This document shows, one piece after another, positions 20,801 to 30,371 of a stretch of 64,000 nucleotides of DNA (the first letter of the stretch is position 1; every line of letters begins with the position of its first letter). The stretch is taken from positions 1 to 64,000 of the IMG/VR virus record IMGVR_UViG_3300029258_004661. The stretch is one strand, 5' to 3'. This DNA comes from an uncultured virus (IMG/VR IMGVR_UViG_3300029258_004661) (taxonomy: Duplodnaviria > Heunggongvirae > Uroviricota > Caudoviricetes). Both the position numbers and the translations under genes were made by a program. The notes beneath the pieces were generated by a model. That model did no database searches and was not told where the DNA came from. It saw only the letters and a program-made list of their open reading frames with translations.

Positions 20801-23800
20801 TTTTCAATCTCCTTGCCCATCTTTGTTAAAGCGCTTGTACCAATATCGAAGGTTTCCCTTAGCTTAAGCAGCCCTTCAAATTTGGTCGCGGCCATTTCTT
20901 GTAACTCTTCTTTTAAACCCCGAACCTTTCTTTCGGATTCAATTATTGCAGTATTAAGCTCTTCAATTTTACCAATAACTGCACTGATAGCCGCACCACC
21001 TTCACTCTGGAAGGTGTTCCACATCTCAAAGGCCCGGCCAACAGTGAGCTCCCCTTTTGTGGCCATTTCTCTAAACAACTTATCCCAACTGGCTAGGGTA
21101 TTGGCAGTTGTCTTATGTGTTTCATTTATCCATTCCTGATTAAAGTCCTCTCTTGCTTTTTCCAATTTAGCAAATGATTCAATTCCCTTATTGGACAACT
21201 GCTCATAGAGTCCAATAAATTGAGACTCTTCAATTCCCTTGGCAATACTAAGGGCTTGATCGTTGATAACCTTATAGAGCTTCATCTCTTTATCGAGAAG
21301 ATCGTTGTGGTCCTTTTGTGACTGATTAGCTTTTTTCAGGAGTTTAAGGTACTCTTCCATCTTGCCATCAATTAAATCATGGTTGTTAAGATTTTGCTCG
21401 TCTGCTTCTGCCCTTTTTCTTGAGTCTTCAAGTATTGCCTTGTTGACAGCATACTGTTTGCCAAACTCTTTAGTGATTCCGTAAGCACTTTGGCTGATGT
21501 TGGCAAATATTAAATCAAAAGCCTCAGTCTTTTTACCAAAAATGGTTTTATCAAGATCTTGTAATTCTGGAATCCTGATACCAAAAAGAAGCGGCTCTGA
21601 TTGTATAATGGCTTCTGCCTCGTTTCTTATTTTCTCAAGATGCTTAATTGCATCCTCTTCCCCCTTGATTTTGCGCCCTATTTCAAGCTCTTGAAAAACA
21701 TCAAACCCAATCAAATCTTTAAATAACTTAGACCACCACTTTACAGCATATGTTATTCTGTCGGTAATGGCAGCAAAATTTCTATTAAAATTATTTTGCA
21801 AAGACTTTGCCCAGATAATAAGCTCTTTAATTCCAGAAATAGCCCAACGAACACTTTCTACAATAGCAAAGCCAAGAGCCTCCCAAACAGTTGTTCCTTC
21901 AGCGCCAACCTCTTTAATGCGCTCGTTATAAGCCTTGAGCGCTAACTCCGCCTGCTGTATTCTATACCTGCCTTCATTTAAGGTTTGTAAGGATTTCTTT
22001 CTTGCTTCATTGGTTGCGTTTTCAGAATTCCTTAGCCTCTCAAGAAACTTAGTATTATCTTTTAACTGCTTAATTGTTCCCCTCAGGGCAACGCCCATGT
22101 CTGTATTAACCTCTAGGGCGTTAAAGACCCGGCGGGAGTAGAAATCAAGATCTAGCCCAACACTGCGAACTATTCTGCCTTGCGCTTCAATGGCTTCATC
22201 TTGTATTTTTGTTTTTAATTCTTTGCTGGCGTCTCCTACCTTTTGGAAGGATTCATTAAACTTAATTATATTTCGGTCAGATTTCCTCATGGCCCCATCA
22301 AGCCTTGACAGGCCAAACACCATTGCGGCAAAAGCTAAAACTGCAATCGTAGTCCCAGCAACAAAAGCCAATACTAACTGTGTTACCGTGGCAACAGTAG
22401 CGCCAAAAGCTATCATGGCGGTATTTGAAAACGCAAACAGCCCGGTCATAGTCCCCATTTGAATCCCAGCCGCACTGATCGCCACCGCTAATTCGTGAAA
22501 ATATGCCACGGGGATTAGGGCCGTTGCCTTTATATTTCTTGCAATCAGTAGCATTGTAGTCGCAAACCCTGCGGCTGCTTTAGTAACCTGATGGTAGGCT
22601 GTTCTCATTGCCCTTAAAGAGAAATTATATGCCGTATTTAAAACAGTACCACTTTTAATGGCCGTATTAAGCTTTATCATAGATAGACGATAAAGTGCCG
22701 CAACTCTTTTGGCAATATCTATGCTCTTTTTAAGCTTTCCAAAGCCAAGAATTAAAGCACCAAGGGTTATGGTCCCTATACCAAGATCAACAAACCGCTG
22801 GACCAGAATAGGTAGAGAACTATACAGATCGTAAACAGAACGAAATGCCAGATTTACAACTTTAATCAGGCCAAAAAATGTTTTAATTATTGGATCAAGA
22901 GAAATTCTAATAATTTGAACAAGCGCCTGATATAACCTGTCAAGGGCCGCGGCCGGGCGATCCAGCATAATATCTGCCATTGTCTCGGCAGCCCCAGTAA
23001 CATCATGTGTCAAATCTTGTATATTTTTTTGCACATCATTAAAATGCTGAATAAGGGTAATAAATGTTTTGGCACCACGAAGACCAGTGCGCTTAAAAGC
23101 TTCACCAAGCTGTTCAACTGTCCAAACACCACGGTTTAATTGCTCATGTAGTTGTTCAAAAAGATTTAAAACATTAAGGGGCTGATCTGCTGGAAGTTCA
23201 ATATGAAACGCTTTAGCAAAATCTACCGGGCTTTTAACTATTCTCGATAACATAGACTGAAACGAACGGCCTGCAACACCCGCTTTAACCATGTGGTCGT
23301 TGAGGGTAGCAAGAACGCCTACCAACTCTGTATATGTTACACCGGCAATACTGGCTGTGGCTATACTATAGCGAAGACCATCATTTAACTCTGACATTTC
23401 TATCTGGTGGTCACGGAAGGCGGCAACCAAAACGTCATTAATAGCGGCAAAGCCCTTTGATAGATCTGTATTTCTCTTTAATCCTTGCGCTTGTGCATCT
23501 AGGGCATTGACAAACTGAATGGAGCCATCAGCCGCCTCATACATTTGGTTTCCGAGGTTATTATAAATTCCAGCAATAGTTTTGGTAATTGCCGTAACGT
23601 CGGCTTCTGTACCGACAATAACATCCATTGTTGAGCGAAGGGCGGCAACTGCCTCTTCCGCTGTAAGGCCAGCAGAACCTAACTGATAAAGAACCTCTGA
23701 TACGTCTTGAGCGCCCTTTCCTGTTCTAACCATCTCATCGTTCATGGCAGAAAAGGCTTCAGCCGTAACCTTTGCCATGTCTTCCATATCACCCGACGCA

Positions 23801-25029
23801 GGGCGAAGAACGCGAACTGTTCTTGCAAATTCATCCTGAACAGCAACAGCATCCCTTAATGCACTTGTAAAAAGAGCTATTGGGGCCAACAACAAGGTAA
23901 ACCCAATCATCCACATTGCTTGGCCAACAAGCATTTCCTTAAACCCGGCAACAGACATTCTTGAAAGCCTGCCTACAGCCTTTTGGGTTTTATTTGCAGA
24001 GTCCGCAACCTGCTGGTTGGCCCCCGCCATAGCTTGAGCCGCTTTTTTGTTTTCATTTGCGGCACCGGTTCCCTTTTTGGTTTCTTCCGTTAGCCCCGAT
24101 GTACCCTTAGCGGCAGAAAGAAGGGTGCTGGCAAGCCCCTTCAAACTTGAATTTGTACTAGAAGCTATTGCACTAAACCCCTGTACTGAGGAGGCGGTTT
24201 GGGAATAGACCCTATTTACTTGGAGAGCTCCCCTGCCAATGCCACGAAGAGTATCCAGCATAACATTGCCAGTGGAAACAAAACCCTTACTTGCAGCGGC
24301 AGTTCCCTTTATTCCTTTAGATATTTTTGCAAGAGCAGCATGGGATTTTCTTGCGCCCGTCGTGGTAGCGGCAGTCATATTGATGTGTGCAGTGGTGGTA
24401 GTTTTAAGGCCATTCGCCAGTCCGCGGAATGTAGACTGGAGGCCCTTAAAAGCGGCTTCTCCTGATTTAACTTGCCCAACAGTTAAACCAAGAGCATTAG
24501 ACATTTTAGTGTATTCATCTGCCGTTTGTTTTGCACTGGCTCCTTGTTTTTTTGTGGCCGACCCTAAAGCACCAATGGCTTTCATGGCTGCGCTAAAAGC
24601 TCGTTCGAGGCGAACTATGGCCCTTTCAATCTCGCCAATTGCCCCCTTAAGGCTGGCAATCATAGACGACAAAGATAGCTGCAACTGCGACCCTGCCATG
24701 CCCGCACCGATAGTGGCGATAGCATTATTCACTTCTTTCACTTGTTCTGGAATTGTTTTGAGGGCCGTGTTAATTTTTCCAATTTCCCCCGACAGTTTAG
24801 CAAATTTAAAATTATCTAGCTTTATATAAGACTTACGTATAGACTTATATACACCAAGAACTTTCAGCATCTGCTTGTGCAGATGACTAAACTGCTGTTT
24901 AACCTCACCAAGCTTGACCCTGTTTAATTCGGAAGAGGCACTCTTTACCGCATCAATGTCTTTGATTACCTGATTGAGGGTAGCGCTTGCCTCATTGACA
25001 ATTTTAAAAGAAAGCTTAAAGTCTTTCAT
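17881..25029 (-). CDS. Tape measure protein (TP901-type core)
   Basis: 2382 aa, helical and Ala/Gly-rich; LGSAGL...G..AGRSFQSML...GAAETMA core; hydrophobic segments; follows chaperone genes. Confidence 0.92.
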   Translation of the reverse strand: MKDFKLSFKIVNEASATLNQVIKDIDAVKSASSELNRVKLGEVKQQFSHLHKQMLKVLGVYKSIRKSYIKLDNFKFAKLSGEIGKINTALKTIPEQVKEVNNAIATIGAGMAGSQLQLSLSSMIASLKGAIGEIERAIVRLERAFSAAMKAIGALGSATKKQGASAKQTADEYTKMSNALGLTVGQVKSGEAAFKGLQSTFRGLANGLKTTTTAHINMTAATTTGARKSHAALAKISKGIKGTAAASKGFVSTGNVMLDTLRGIGRGALQVNRVYSQTASSVQGFSAIASSTNSSLKGLASTLLSAAKGTSGLTEETKKGTGAANENKKAAQAMAGANQQVADSANKTQKAVGRLSRMSVAGFKEMLVGQAMWMIGFTLLLAPIALFTSALRDAVAVQDEFARTVRVLRPASGDMEDMAKVTAEAFSAMNDEMVRTGKGAQDVSEVLYQLGSAGLTAEEAVAALRSTMDVIVGTEADVTAITKTIAGIYNNLGNQMYEAADGSIQFVNALDAQAQGLKRNTDLSKGFAAINDVLVAAFRDHQIEMSELNDGLRYSIATASIAGVTYTELVGVLATLNDHMVKAGVAGRSFQSMLSRIVKSPVDFAKAFHIELPADQPLNVLNLFEQLHEQLNRGVWTVEQLGEAFKRTGLRGAKTFITLIQHFNDVQKNIQDLTHDVTGAAETMADIMLDRPAAALDRLYQALVQIIRISLDPIIKTFFGLIKVVNLAFRSVYDLYSSLPILVQRFVDLGIGTITLGALILGFGKLKKSIDIAKRVAALYRLSMIKLNTAIKSGTVLNTAYNFSLRAMRTAYHQVTKAAAGFATTMLLIARNIKATALIPVAYFHELAVAISAAGIQMGTMTGLFAFSNTAMIAFGATVATVTQLVLAFVAGTTIAVLAFAAMVFGLSRLDGAMRKSDRNIIKFNESFQKVGDASKELKTKIQDEAIEAQGRIVRSVGLDLDFYSRRVFNALEVNTDMGVALRGTIKQLKDNTKFLERLRNSENATNEARKKSLQTLNEGRYRIQQAELALKAYNERIKEVGAEGTTVWEALGFAIVESVRWAISGIKELIIWAKSLQNNFNRNFAAITDRITYAVKWWSKLFKDLIGFDVFQELEIGRKIKGEEDAIKHLEKIRNEAEAIIQSEPLLFGIRIPELQDLDKTIFGKKTEAFDLIFANISQSAYGITKEFGKQYAVNKAILEDSRKRAEADEQNLNNHDLIDGKMEEYLKLLKKANQSQKDHNDLLDKEMKLYKVINDQALSIAKGIEESQFIGLYEQLSNKGIESFAKLEKAREDFNQEWINETHKTTANTLASWDKLFREMATKGELTVGRAFEMWNTFQSEGGAAISAVIGKIEELNTAIIESERKVRGLKEELQEMAATKFEGLLKLRETFDIGTSALTKMGKEIEKNREKLDKLKLKAAGLKDKLGDFDVGRFSYDPKEYAKYQKKMDQLDKLQNRSNMTQRQYNKLLVRQQGLIRQVQALYGENIVLLEGTLKGYKDTTAQIEKNLVAEREIAAQAGDNFNVRAGALEKQKALLEKQLGFIQKAADKEVQIIDLAVAAGLKSEVEGRDEKAKLYWDYKKQLESVYNDLENTQRKLINNEVKRQQELRDQRLKQLDILNDLNEAMNRMTEAVVIFITLLAGDKAGPLLDGLLRRLDRSKEKVEATREAIREMLSEGASGAPTEDMFGVSDIAAKGDMLATNNITGAATAAEKLANELARANKESSAISDSMDKFAAANEKSSLGVSEQTEKMIKATKDAGAHWAGIFDEALGDFMPVISATGEYEGHIKTIVDAFQKHRKTLVEVNGHMEVMDESGKRYALTMDLWEKHLDRINTKLASSENIIGNNNKKSAKIIENFKLSQREIEGMISGISEFGKQWGAAADGFAIGGAGIPGFDAGFENDLELYKSKIAEIFAALQKGGEATKIIGDQIVLNTEKGKRFSMSVSLYSKLMGEVANKNRAAAEEKAREFEEQAKVNNLTAEAAKRLEANKNAVNAIKEETARLAEEYRRAKEESKEAFDLTPKLDPAAFEEVERIHREYIANPDLFKPKIKPEIDLSETFSSEKINFLTAGLSELQAEADTIEGFMSRIGLTASDSISQLQVNADTAAIAMKEFGLTASDSLARLQADADTAAMAIEDFGLTAYDSIDQLQANADTVAMAMKEFGLLDITIPIEDREVIAAEMELDKLKNKIASLDNSVIDIRVNYTRSGSPPEGMYYGGIASGVPIRVTAGEGYIPPEFTKKNLSMLRALNAGAAVPTGGAIPIGRFDGPRGIDKIKTILPTGSFVLSQRGMDALRQSINDSKSLPGYQAGGVVASDENDFTDIAPIEEMKEEVAVFNLTLDVGGQKKTYPLYGDRANINEIKNTLEREKMTRLN

Positions 25030-25057
25030 TTATCAAGCTCCAAAAAAGAAAACAGGG

Positions 25058-25588
25058 TTAACGCCTCTTTCGGGGGCGGGAACCCTGTTTACTTTTGCGT
25101 GCATCGCTTGGTTGTTTCTTTTCCATTTCCTCACGAGCAGTTCTTTGCTCGTTTAAAACGAAATTGCGAATTTCAAAAAACAAATTACTTTCATCGTATA
25201 GCGGCAGGCCAGAGGGTGTTTGGTGCATGGCCTCTGACCAGTTAACCATTTGTATTAGGTGAATGGCCGAATGGTCAATCTCCAATACCGGGCACCGCCA
25301 TATCCAAAAAGTCTTACCAAGTTGGAGCTTAAAGGGCATTTCAACGGGTTTTTCGCAAGCCGGACAAACGGCCTGCCCTTTATCATTGATAATGAGGTCT
25401 TCAAACTCAAAATAGCCATGACCTCCCCGTTTGCAATACCCTGTTAAATCTCCGTCGCAATTTCTTTGCTTCTGTAATCCCTTAGACTCACAATACACGC
25501 AATTGTAAGAGTCAGACTTCCCCTTGTTAACCTCTAAATAAACTGCCCAGCGGATCGCAAGCCGCAAGGCTTGGGTTAATCTTCCCCC
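25058..25588 (-). CDS. Tail assembly chaperone gpGT C-terminal part (reached by -1 frameshift), Zn-finger-like
   Basis: Open in the -1 frame from GGGGGAA at 25582-25588; no good SD or ATG of its own; CVYC and CPAC motifs. Confidence 0.75.
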   Translation of the reverse strand, partial: GGRLTQALRLAIRWAVYLEVNKGKSDSYNCVYCESKGLQKQRNCDGDLTGYCKRGGHGYFEFEDLIINDKGQAVCPACEKPVEMPFKLQLGKTFWIWRCPVLEIDHSAIHLIQMVNWSEAMHQTPSGLPLYDESNLFFEIRNFVLNEQRTAREEMEKKQPSDARKSKQGSRPRKRR

Positions 25589-25986
25589 AACCGCGACTCC
25601 CCTCGGATGTAATCCGCCAATTCGTTACGGATCTCCGGGGGAATTTTGTTCAGATTTGAATCCATGATTCTGTCACGGTCGGCGGCATCCCTTCCCCTAT
25701 TGGGGTCTTCCCACTCGACAGGGGTTTTATCGGAATAGTTGAAATTTTTCCACCCAACAAGCCCTTTTCGGAGCGCCAACATGGCCTGTTTACCAAGCAG
25801 AAATTTTTCTTCCCGCTTCTTGCCCATGCCGCTCGACTTAAAGAGCTCATCCTGAATGTCGGCATATTCTCTGACGGTCAAAAACTTCACCTGCCATGTA
25901 ACAAGCTCGTCCTCAGGGTCATCTTTTTGGGTTTGGGAAATGTAAGGAATCGCCTCATCCGCCCGTACACCGTGAATAGCTGCCAT
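25576..25986 (-). CDS. Tail assembly chaperone (gpG-like); ORF stays open upstream to TTG 26202
   Basis: Between tail tube and tape measure; GLVGWKNF motif; AAGGAG SD before ATG 25986. Confidence 0.8.
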   Translation of the reverse strand: MAAIHGVRADEAIPYISQTQKDDPEDELVTWQVKFLTVREYADIQDELFKSSGMGKKREEKFLLGKQAMLALRKGLVGWKNFNYSDKTPVEWEDPNRGRDAADRDRIMDSNLNKIPPEIRNELADYIRGESRLGED

Positions 25987-26226
25987 TTCTTGTCTCCTTT
26001 GTTCTACCAGTTCGTTCAGTTCTTCTTTTCCATATATGTATTCAAAAACCTTCCAGAGCCATTTGGCAATTTGCATTGCCTCGGCTCGGAACGTACCATT
26101 GTAAACAAATGCATAAAAATGGCATAGCCGCATTAAGCGCAAGAGTGATCTGGTTAATAGCATAAATGGCAAAAAAATTAACCATACTACATAATACTCC
26201 AAGCACGCTCACCCCCTTAAAGGAGA

Positions 26227-26261
26227 GTGGCAGGGGCGGTGGATGAAGCCGCCCCTGCCAT
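26227..26261 (-). terminator. GC-rich hairpin after tail tube gene
   Basis: GGCAGGGGCGG/CCGCCCCTGCC 11-bp stem; U-tract weak. Confidence 0.45.
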
Positions 26262-26280
26262 AGTGAACCCCTGCACGCGG

Positions 26281-28278
26281 CTAAATACAGGGAGTGTTGT
26301 TAACCAGCGTGATCCGCAGATCAGGCACGCTGTCGGCATGGAGGCTGGTGTAGGGCATCTCAACCTCAATGATGCCTTCATCCTCAATAACCGGCGTGGT
26401 GCCATCATAGCGAATCTTCGGCTGCCTGACGGTAAGGGAATAATTTGTCTTGGAATTACCAAGCGCCGAGTAATCCTGATTGGCGATGTAATCATCATGC
26501 GTGAACACAATGATCAGGTTCCCCTCGGTGTTGTTGACAAACCGGCGATAAAGATCAAGGTTGTCAAACTCAACCGTCATGGTGCCCTCGGTCGTGCGGC
26601 GCTGCTCGGGCAATGCTGCCCGCTGCCGTGAACCGAGATCATACTTGTCGGCATAGATGTTGTTGTTCAGTGTGCAATTCCATGCCATGACCGGTTGGGC
26701 ACTGCCATCAATGGTCAATGCACCGTCAAACCCGGCAAATGGATCAAGCTCGCTGTACGTTGCGGAATCAGCAAGCTTGAAGGTTTCAATGGTCCACTGG
26801 TCGCCACTCTGAAGTGCCGTGTTATCCGGGAAGAAAACGGTGAAGCCAGTGTTCACATTGCTTGCGATGCGAGCCTCGGTAGGTACGGTGGCGCTGGTGG
26901 TGAAGGTATCACCCCATGTACTGCCGCCATCACCACTGAACCGGATGGTTGCCACGCCAGGAGCCCCTGCGCCAACAATATCACACAGGATTTCAACACT
27001 GGTGCCGGAATCCTCACCGATATAATCGCCCCATGTTACAGGCTGGCTGGCAACATCGGTGGTGTCAAAATTCAACCACGTTTCCGCGATAATGCTGACG
27101 GGACCAACATCCAGCAGATAGCTGGAATCAGCATCAAGGTCCGTGTAGTTGGCAATAAAGGCCGTGATGTAGCTCAGGCTGTTAAGATAGCTGACAAGAC
27201 CACCAATGGTATCGACATTGTAGACCATGCCCGTTGCAGGATCAACATAGGGAATGCTGATATCAAGGATGATATCCTCGTCATCATCATCGCTGTCAAT
27301 AATGAACTGGTGATTGGCCTTGTCAATCTCAACAGTGCAGGCAGCTTCTTCTCCTGCATAAATCAGCCGAAGCGCATTTTTGGCATTGCCCGTGTTGCCA
27401 CTTGCGGCAACGGCTCGGCTGGCTGTGGTTGCTCCCTTAGCCATCATGCCGAAAGTGCCGGTGAGAATCTCACCGGTTTCAGCAGTGATGTTCATGGTGT
27501 CAACCTTGGCACCGGCATAGGTAAACGCGGCAATGTCTCTTCCGATTTCAAGTGTCAGCCCGGCAGGCAGAGTGGGCGCAGCATCAATCACATGCTGATA
27601 CACTCCCCAGCCAAAGCATACAAGGAAATCCTTGGTTGCGCCGGGGCCACCGATAAGCTCGATGTCCGTAACACCTTCAAGCAGGTTACTCGCATCGGTT
27701 CCATCGGCATAATCCGCGGCCAGTAGGGTTTCCCCTGTGCCACCACCGGCATAACTGGTGGGACTGTATGCCGCCAACCCTGTGCCGCCTGCGTTGATTG
27801 CAGCCATAAGCTCTGCAATGGTATCGGCGGTGGTATCGGAAATGGCTTGGTCAATTCCTGACCCTGTTCCACCCGTAAGGGCAACGGCAAAGTTTGTGGC
27901 GTATCCGCTTGCGTCTGTGGTAATGGTGAGGACAGCACTCGTGACGCTGCCATCGGTTACTTTCAGAACAAAAGCGGAATCAAGCCGTGTGGTTTCAACT
28001 TGACCAAGAGCATGCTTGAACATGGTGCCAAGCCCCTCGGCCGTGACTTCAACATTGATGTCTCCGCCAGCGGATTCAATGCCGCGGATACTTTTGTGGA
28101 TCGCCCGATCAGCACGAAGCGAATTGGAAATCAGGGAGCCAAGCTCGCTGACAACCCCCTCGCCGGTCATCTCAATAAAGGCAGTTGGGGCAGGTTGCTT
28201 TTTTCCCCATGCACCTTCCTGAGAGATACCAACTTGGCCCCTCGCACCAACGGCAGGTCCAACGGCTGTTACGCTCAT
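26281..28278 (-). CDS. Major tail tube protein with inserted domains
   Basis: QEGAWG...GGDINVE...FKHALG, TLEIGRD, NNIYAD.Y.LGSR and RRTTEGTMTVEFDN tube motifs; unusually long at 665 aa. Confidence 0.85.
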   Translation of the reverse strand: MSVTAVGPAVGARGQVGISQEGAWGKKQPAPTAFIEMTGEGVVSELGSLISNSLRADRAIHKSIRGIESAGGDINVEVTAEGLGTMFKHALGQVETTRLDSAFVLKVTDGSVTSAVLTITTDASGYATNFAVALTGGTGSGIDQAISDTTADTIAELMAAINAGGTGLAAYSPTSYAGGGTGETLLAADYADGTDASNLLEGVTDIELIGGPGATKDFLVCFGWGVYQHVIDAAPTLPAGLTLEIGRDIAAFTYAGAKVDTMNITAETGEILTGTFGMMAKGATTASRAVAASGNTGNAKNALRLIYAGEEAACTVEIDKANHQFIIDSDDDDEDIILDISIPYVDPATGMVYNVDTIGGLVSYLNSLSYITAFIANYTDLDADSSYLLDVGPVSIIAETWLNFDTTDVASQPVTWGDYIGEDSGTSVEILCDIVGAGAPGVATIRFSGDGGSTWGDTFTTSATVPTEARIASNVNTGFTVFFPDNTALQSGDQWTIETFKLADSATYSELDPFAGFDGALTIDGSAQPVMAWNCTLNNNIYADKYDLGSRQRAALPEQRRTTEGTMTVEFDNLDLYRRFVNNTEGNLIIVFTHDDYIANQDYSALGNSKTNYSLTVRQPKIRYDGTTPVIEDEGIIEVEMPYTSLHADSVPDLRITLVNNTPCI

Positions 28279-28293
28279 TTATGGCACCTCCTT

Positions 28294-28779
28294 CTAATCA
28301 ATATCAGTTACAGTATGAAGCTTTCTCAGTGTTACTCGTACCAATCCCGCCGACATTATATTATTGTTAATTTGCCGACGAACATATTCAGACCCCGTAA
28401 CCGTACTACCCAATCTATCACAAAAGCCATTAAGGGTATTATGCTTTAGAAGAATTTGGCATATTCCCCAAATGATCTTTTGAACCTCTTTTTTTCTTGC
28501 ATCATTCTCCGGCTGCTCGTGATAGTAAATAATGTTAAAATTCATAACTATTGTGAAATTTCTTTTCTGTCTTCCAATCCAAGAACGAAGCTGATGCTCG
28601 TGGTTATCAAGTACAATAGCCAATGAGTGCGAGCGAGGGTTTGGTTCGTCCTCAGTGTATATCCTGGAAAAACGAACACCTGCCTCGTCTTTCCCGTATT
28701 GCTGAAAAACCTCTTTAATATTTCTGGCGGCGTTATCAAAAACATTATCAAGTCCGCCGAGGTCAATATCTCTTGCCAT
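28294..28779 (-). CDS. Tail terminator/completion protein
   Basis: Position before the tube gene, size, HNTLNG motif. Confidence 0.6.
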   Translation of the reverse strand: MARDIDLGGLDNVFDNAARNIKEVFQQYGKDEAGVRFSRIYTEDEPNPRSHSLAIVLDNHEHQLRSWIGRQKRNFTIVMNFNIIYYHEQPENDARKKEVQKIIWGICQILLKHNTLNGFCDRLGSTVTGSEYVRRQINNNIMSAGLVRVTLRKLHTVTDID

Positions 28780-29249
28780 TATTTTGAAACCCTTGCAATT
28801 TGAAGTCCCATTTCAACTATAAATGTTGAAACAAGCTCTTCTATATCGTAGGGGGTCATATCAACAAGATCGTGGCCTGCCTTTCTAGCTAACCAGAGAT
28901 GGAAATATAGCGGGCTACTCTTATTGATATTGGGATTAATCTCCCATTCGGCCTTGGAGATTCTCGGACCAATAATAATTGATTTATTGAGTCCACCTTT
29001 TCTGATATTTGCTTTCAGCGCCCCACTTTTCTCGCCAACCTGTTTGCCTTCCAGATCTTTACGGCGCCGATAGTTATCGCTAAGAAGAGGCCTATATACC
29101 TCGAAGGAATCAAACCGTTCATTCATAAGCTCCTTCATTCGCCCCTGAACCTTCGTTAGCGGCCGAGTAAACATAAGCTCGTTATTTTGGAGCTTCTTGA
29201 TGCGATTAATCGCGGCAGCTTTGTTGAAGCGAGTTTTAAAGCCTATCAT
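28779..29249 (-). CDS. Neck/virion morphogenesis protein (Mu gpG-like)
   Basis: Basic protein with PLLSDNYRRRK...SGALKANI; position. Confidence 0.55.
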   Translation of the reverse strand: MIGFKTRFNKAAAINRIKKLQNNELMFTRPLTKVQGRMKELMNERFDSFEVYRPLLSDNYRRRKDLEGKQVGEKSGALKANIRKGGLNKSIIIGPRISKAEWEINPNINKSSPLYFHLWLARKAGHDLVDMTPYDIEELVSTFIVEMGLQIARVSK

Positions 29250-30004
29250 CGGTTATAGGTCCTGTCTTCCTCAACGAGGTCGGTCAAGTACTCTTTGTCA
29301 TACGGGCTTCCATCAACCCCCAGCGTGTTCGCAAGAATCTGGCGACTTTTCCAGCGAGGAACACTCTGTATGCCCTCGTTATCTCTGTTGGCTATGTAAA
29401 GCTTAATAGCAGATTCAGCCGTTGAGCGCCACTGCGTAACGGGGCTTCCATCAAGCTCAGCACCGGCATAAACAGAAATAAATATGTAAAATGCCGACCG
29501 GTATGTGCAAGCATATTTAAGAATCTCCGGCTGCTCTGCGCCTAGATCTTCTTCCCACTCGAGATTGGTGGTGTCGCCAAAAGTCTTTCCGATATAGTTG
29601 TTGATATAAATGCTTTGATCAAGAATGAATTCATTAGCATCATCGACGCTAATGTTGGAGTTACTGACAAAATAAACAATATCGCCCTCTTCAGGAGTGC
29701 CCTCCCACTGCAAAGGAGAAATGGTGAAATATTGACACGAAAACTCCGAGCCTATATTGCCACTCCCAAGGTATCCAATGTCTTCGCCAGTTACCTCGAA
29801 ATTGGTTGAATCAGCCTGAAAAATAATCTCAAAGCGCTCAACCCCAACATAACTGTCAAGGAAAGACACGGCAGTAAGCCGCACTGTGCCACTATTGTTC
29901 GTGTCGTAGCCAAGATCCCGATAAGCCTCAGAAGTCTTAACCTTCTTGGCGGCTGTCCTCAGTAGGCGTTTAACATCAACAAGTTCACAGTACGGCCTAG
30001 CCAT
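29246..30004 (-). CDS. Head-tail adaptor with inserted domain
   Basis: N-terminal YCELVDVK and later INNYIG...P.ILKYAC adaptor motifs. Confidence 0.65.
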   Translation of the reverse strand: MARPYCELVDVKRLLRTAAKKVKTSEAYRDLGYDTNNSGTVRLTAVSFLDSYVGVERFEIIFQADSTNFEVTGEDIGYLGSGNIGSEFSCQYFTISPLQWEGTPEEGDIVYFVSNSNISVDDANEFILDQSIYINNYIGKTFGDTTNLEWEEDLGAEQPEILKYACTYRSAFYIFISVYAGAELDGSPVTQWRSTAESAIKLYIANRDNEGIQSVPRWKSRQILANTLGVDGSPYDKEYLTDLVEEDRTYNR

Positions 30005-30029
30005 TTATACTATCCCCCACAAGGTTGCC

Positions 30030-30338
30030 CTATGCCGCCTTTTTTTTCTTCTTTTTCTTCTTTTTCTTAGGCGGCTCGGACTCTGGCTCGTCATCTTCTT
30101 CCGGATCATCGCCTTCATCTTCATCTTCATCCGGATCATCGTCAGGTTCTGGAGCAGCGGCCTTCTTTTTTCTGCCGGGAAGAGCAGATTCCAACTCGCC
30201 GGGCAAAACAACATTACCCGCTGCGATTTCACTTTCGGCCATTTCGTCGGGCAAATCAATCTCCTCACCCTGTTCAGGGTAAATATACCCACTGCCATCG
30301 TGAAACTTTCCAGCCTCCAACATTACGATAACCCTCAT
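30030..30338 (-). CDS. Small protein with acidic tract and poly-Lys tail
   Basis: GEEIDLPDE.A...IAAG domain typical after capsid genes, then D/E run and K9; AAGGAG SD. Confidence 0.7.
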   Translation of the reverse strand: MRVIVMLEAGKFHDGSGYIYPEQGEEIDLPDEMAESEIAAGNVVLPGELESALPGRKKKAAAPEPDDDPDEDEDEGDDPEEDDEPESEPPKKKKKKKKKKAA

Positions 30339-30371
30339 ACCAAGCTCCTTCTAAAGTGAAACCTTCTGTTG

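Noticed and set aside
26281..28278. Tail sheath call for the 665-aa protein
   Set aside because: The size suggests a sheath, but the motifs are those of a tube protein and no baseplate wedge genes were recognised.
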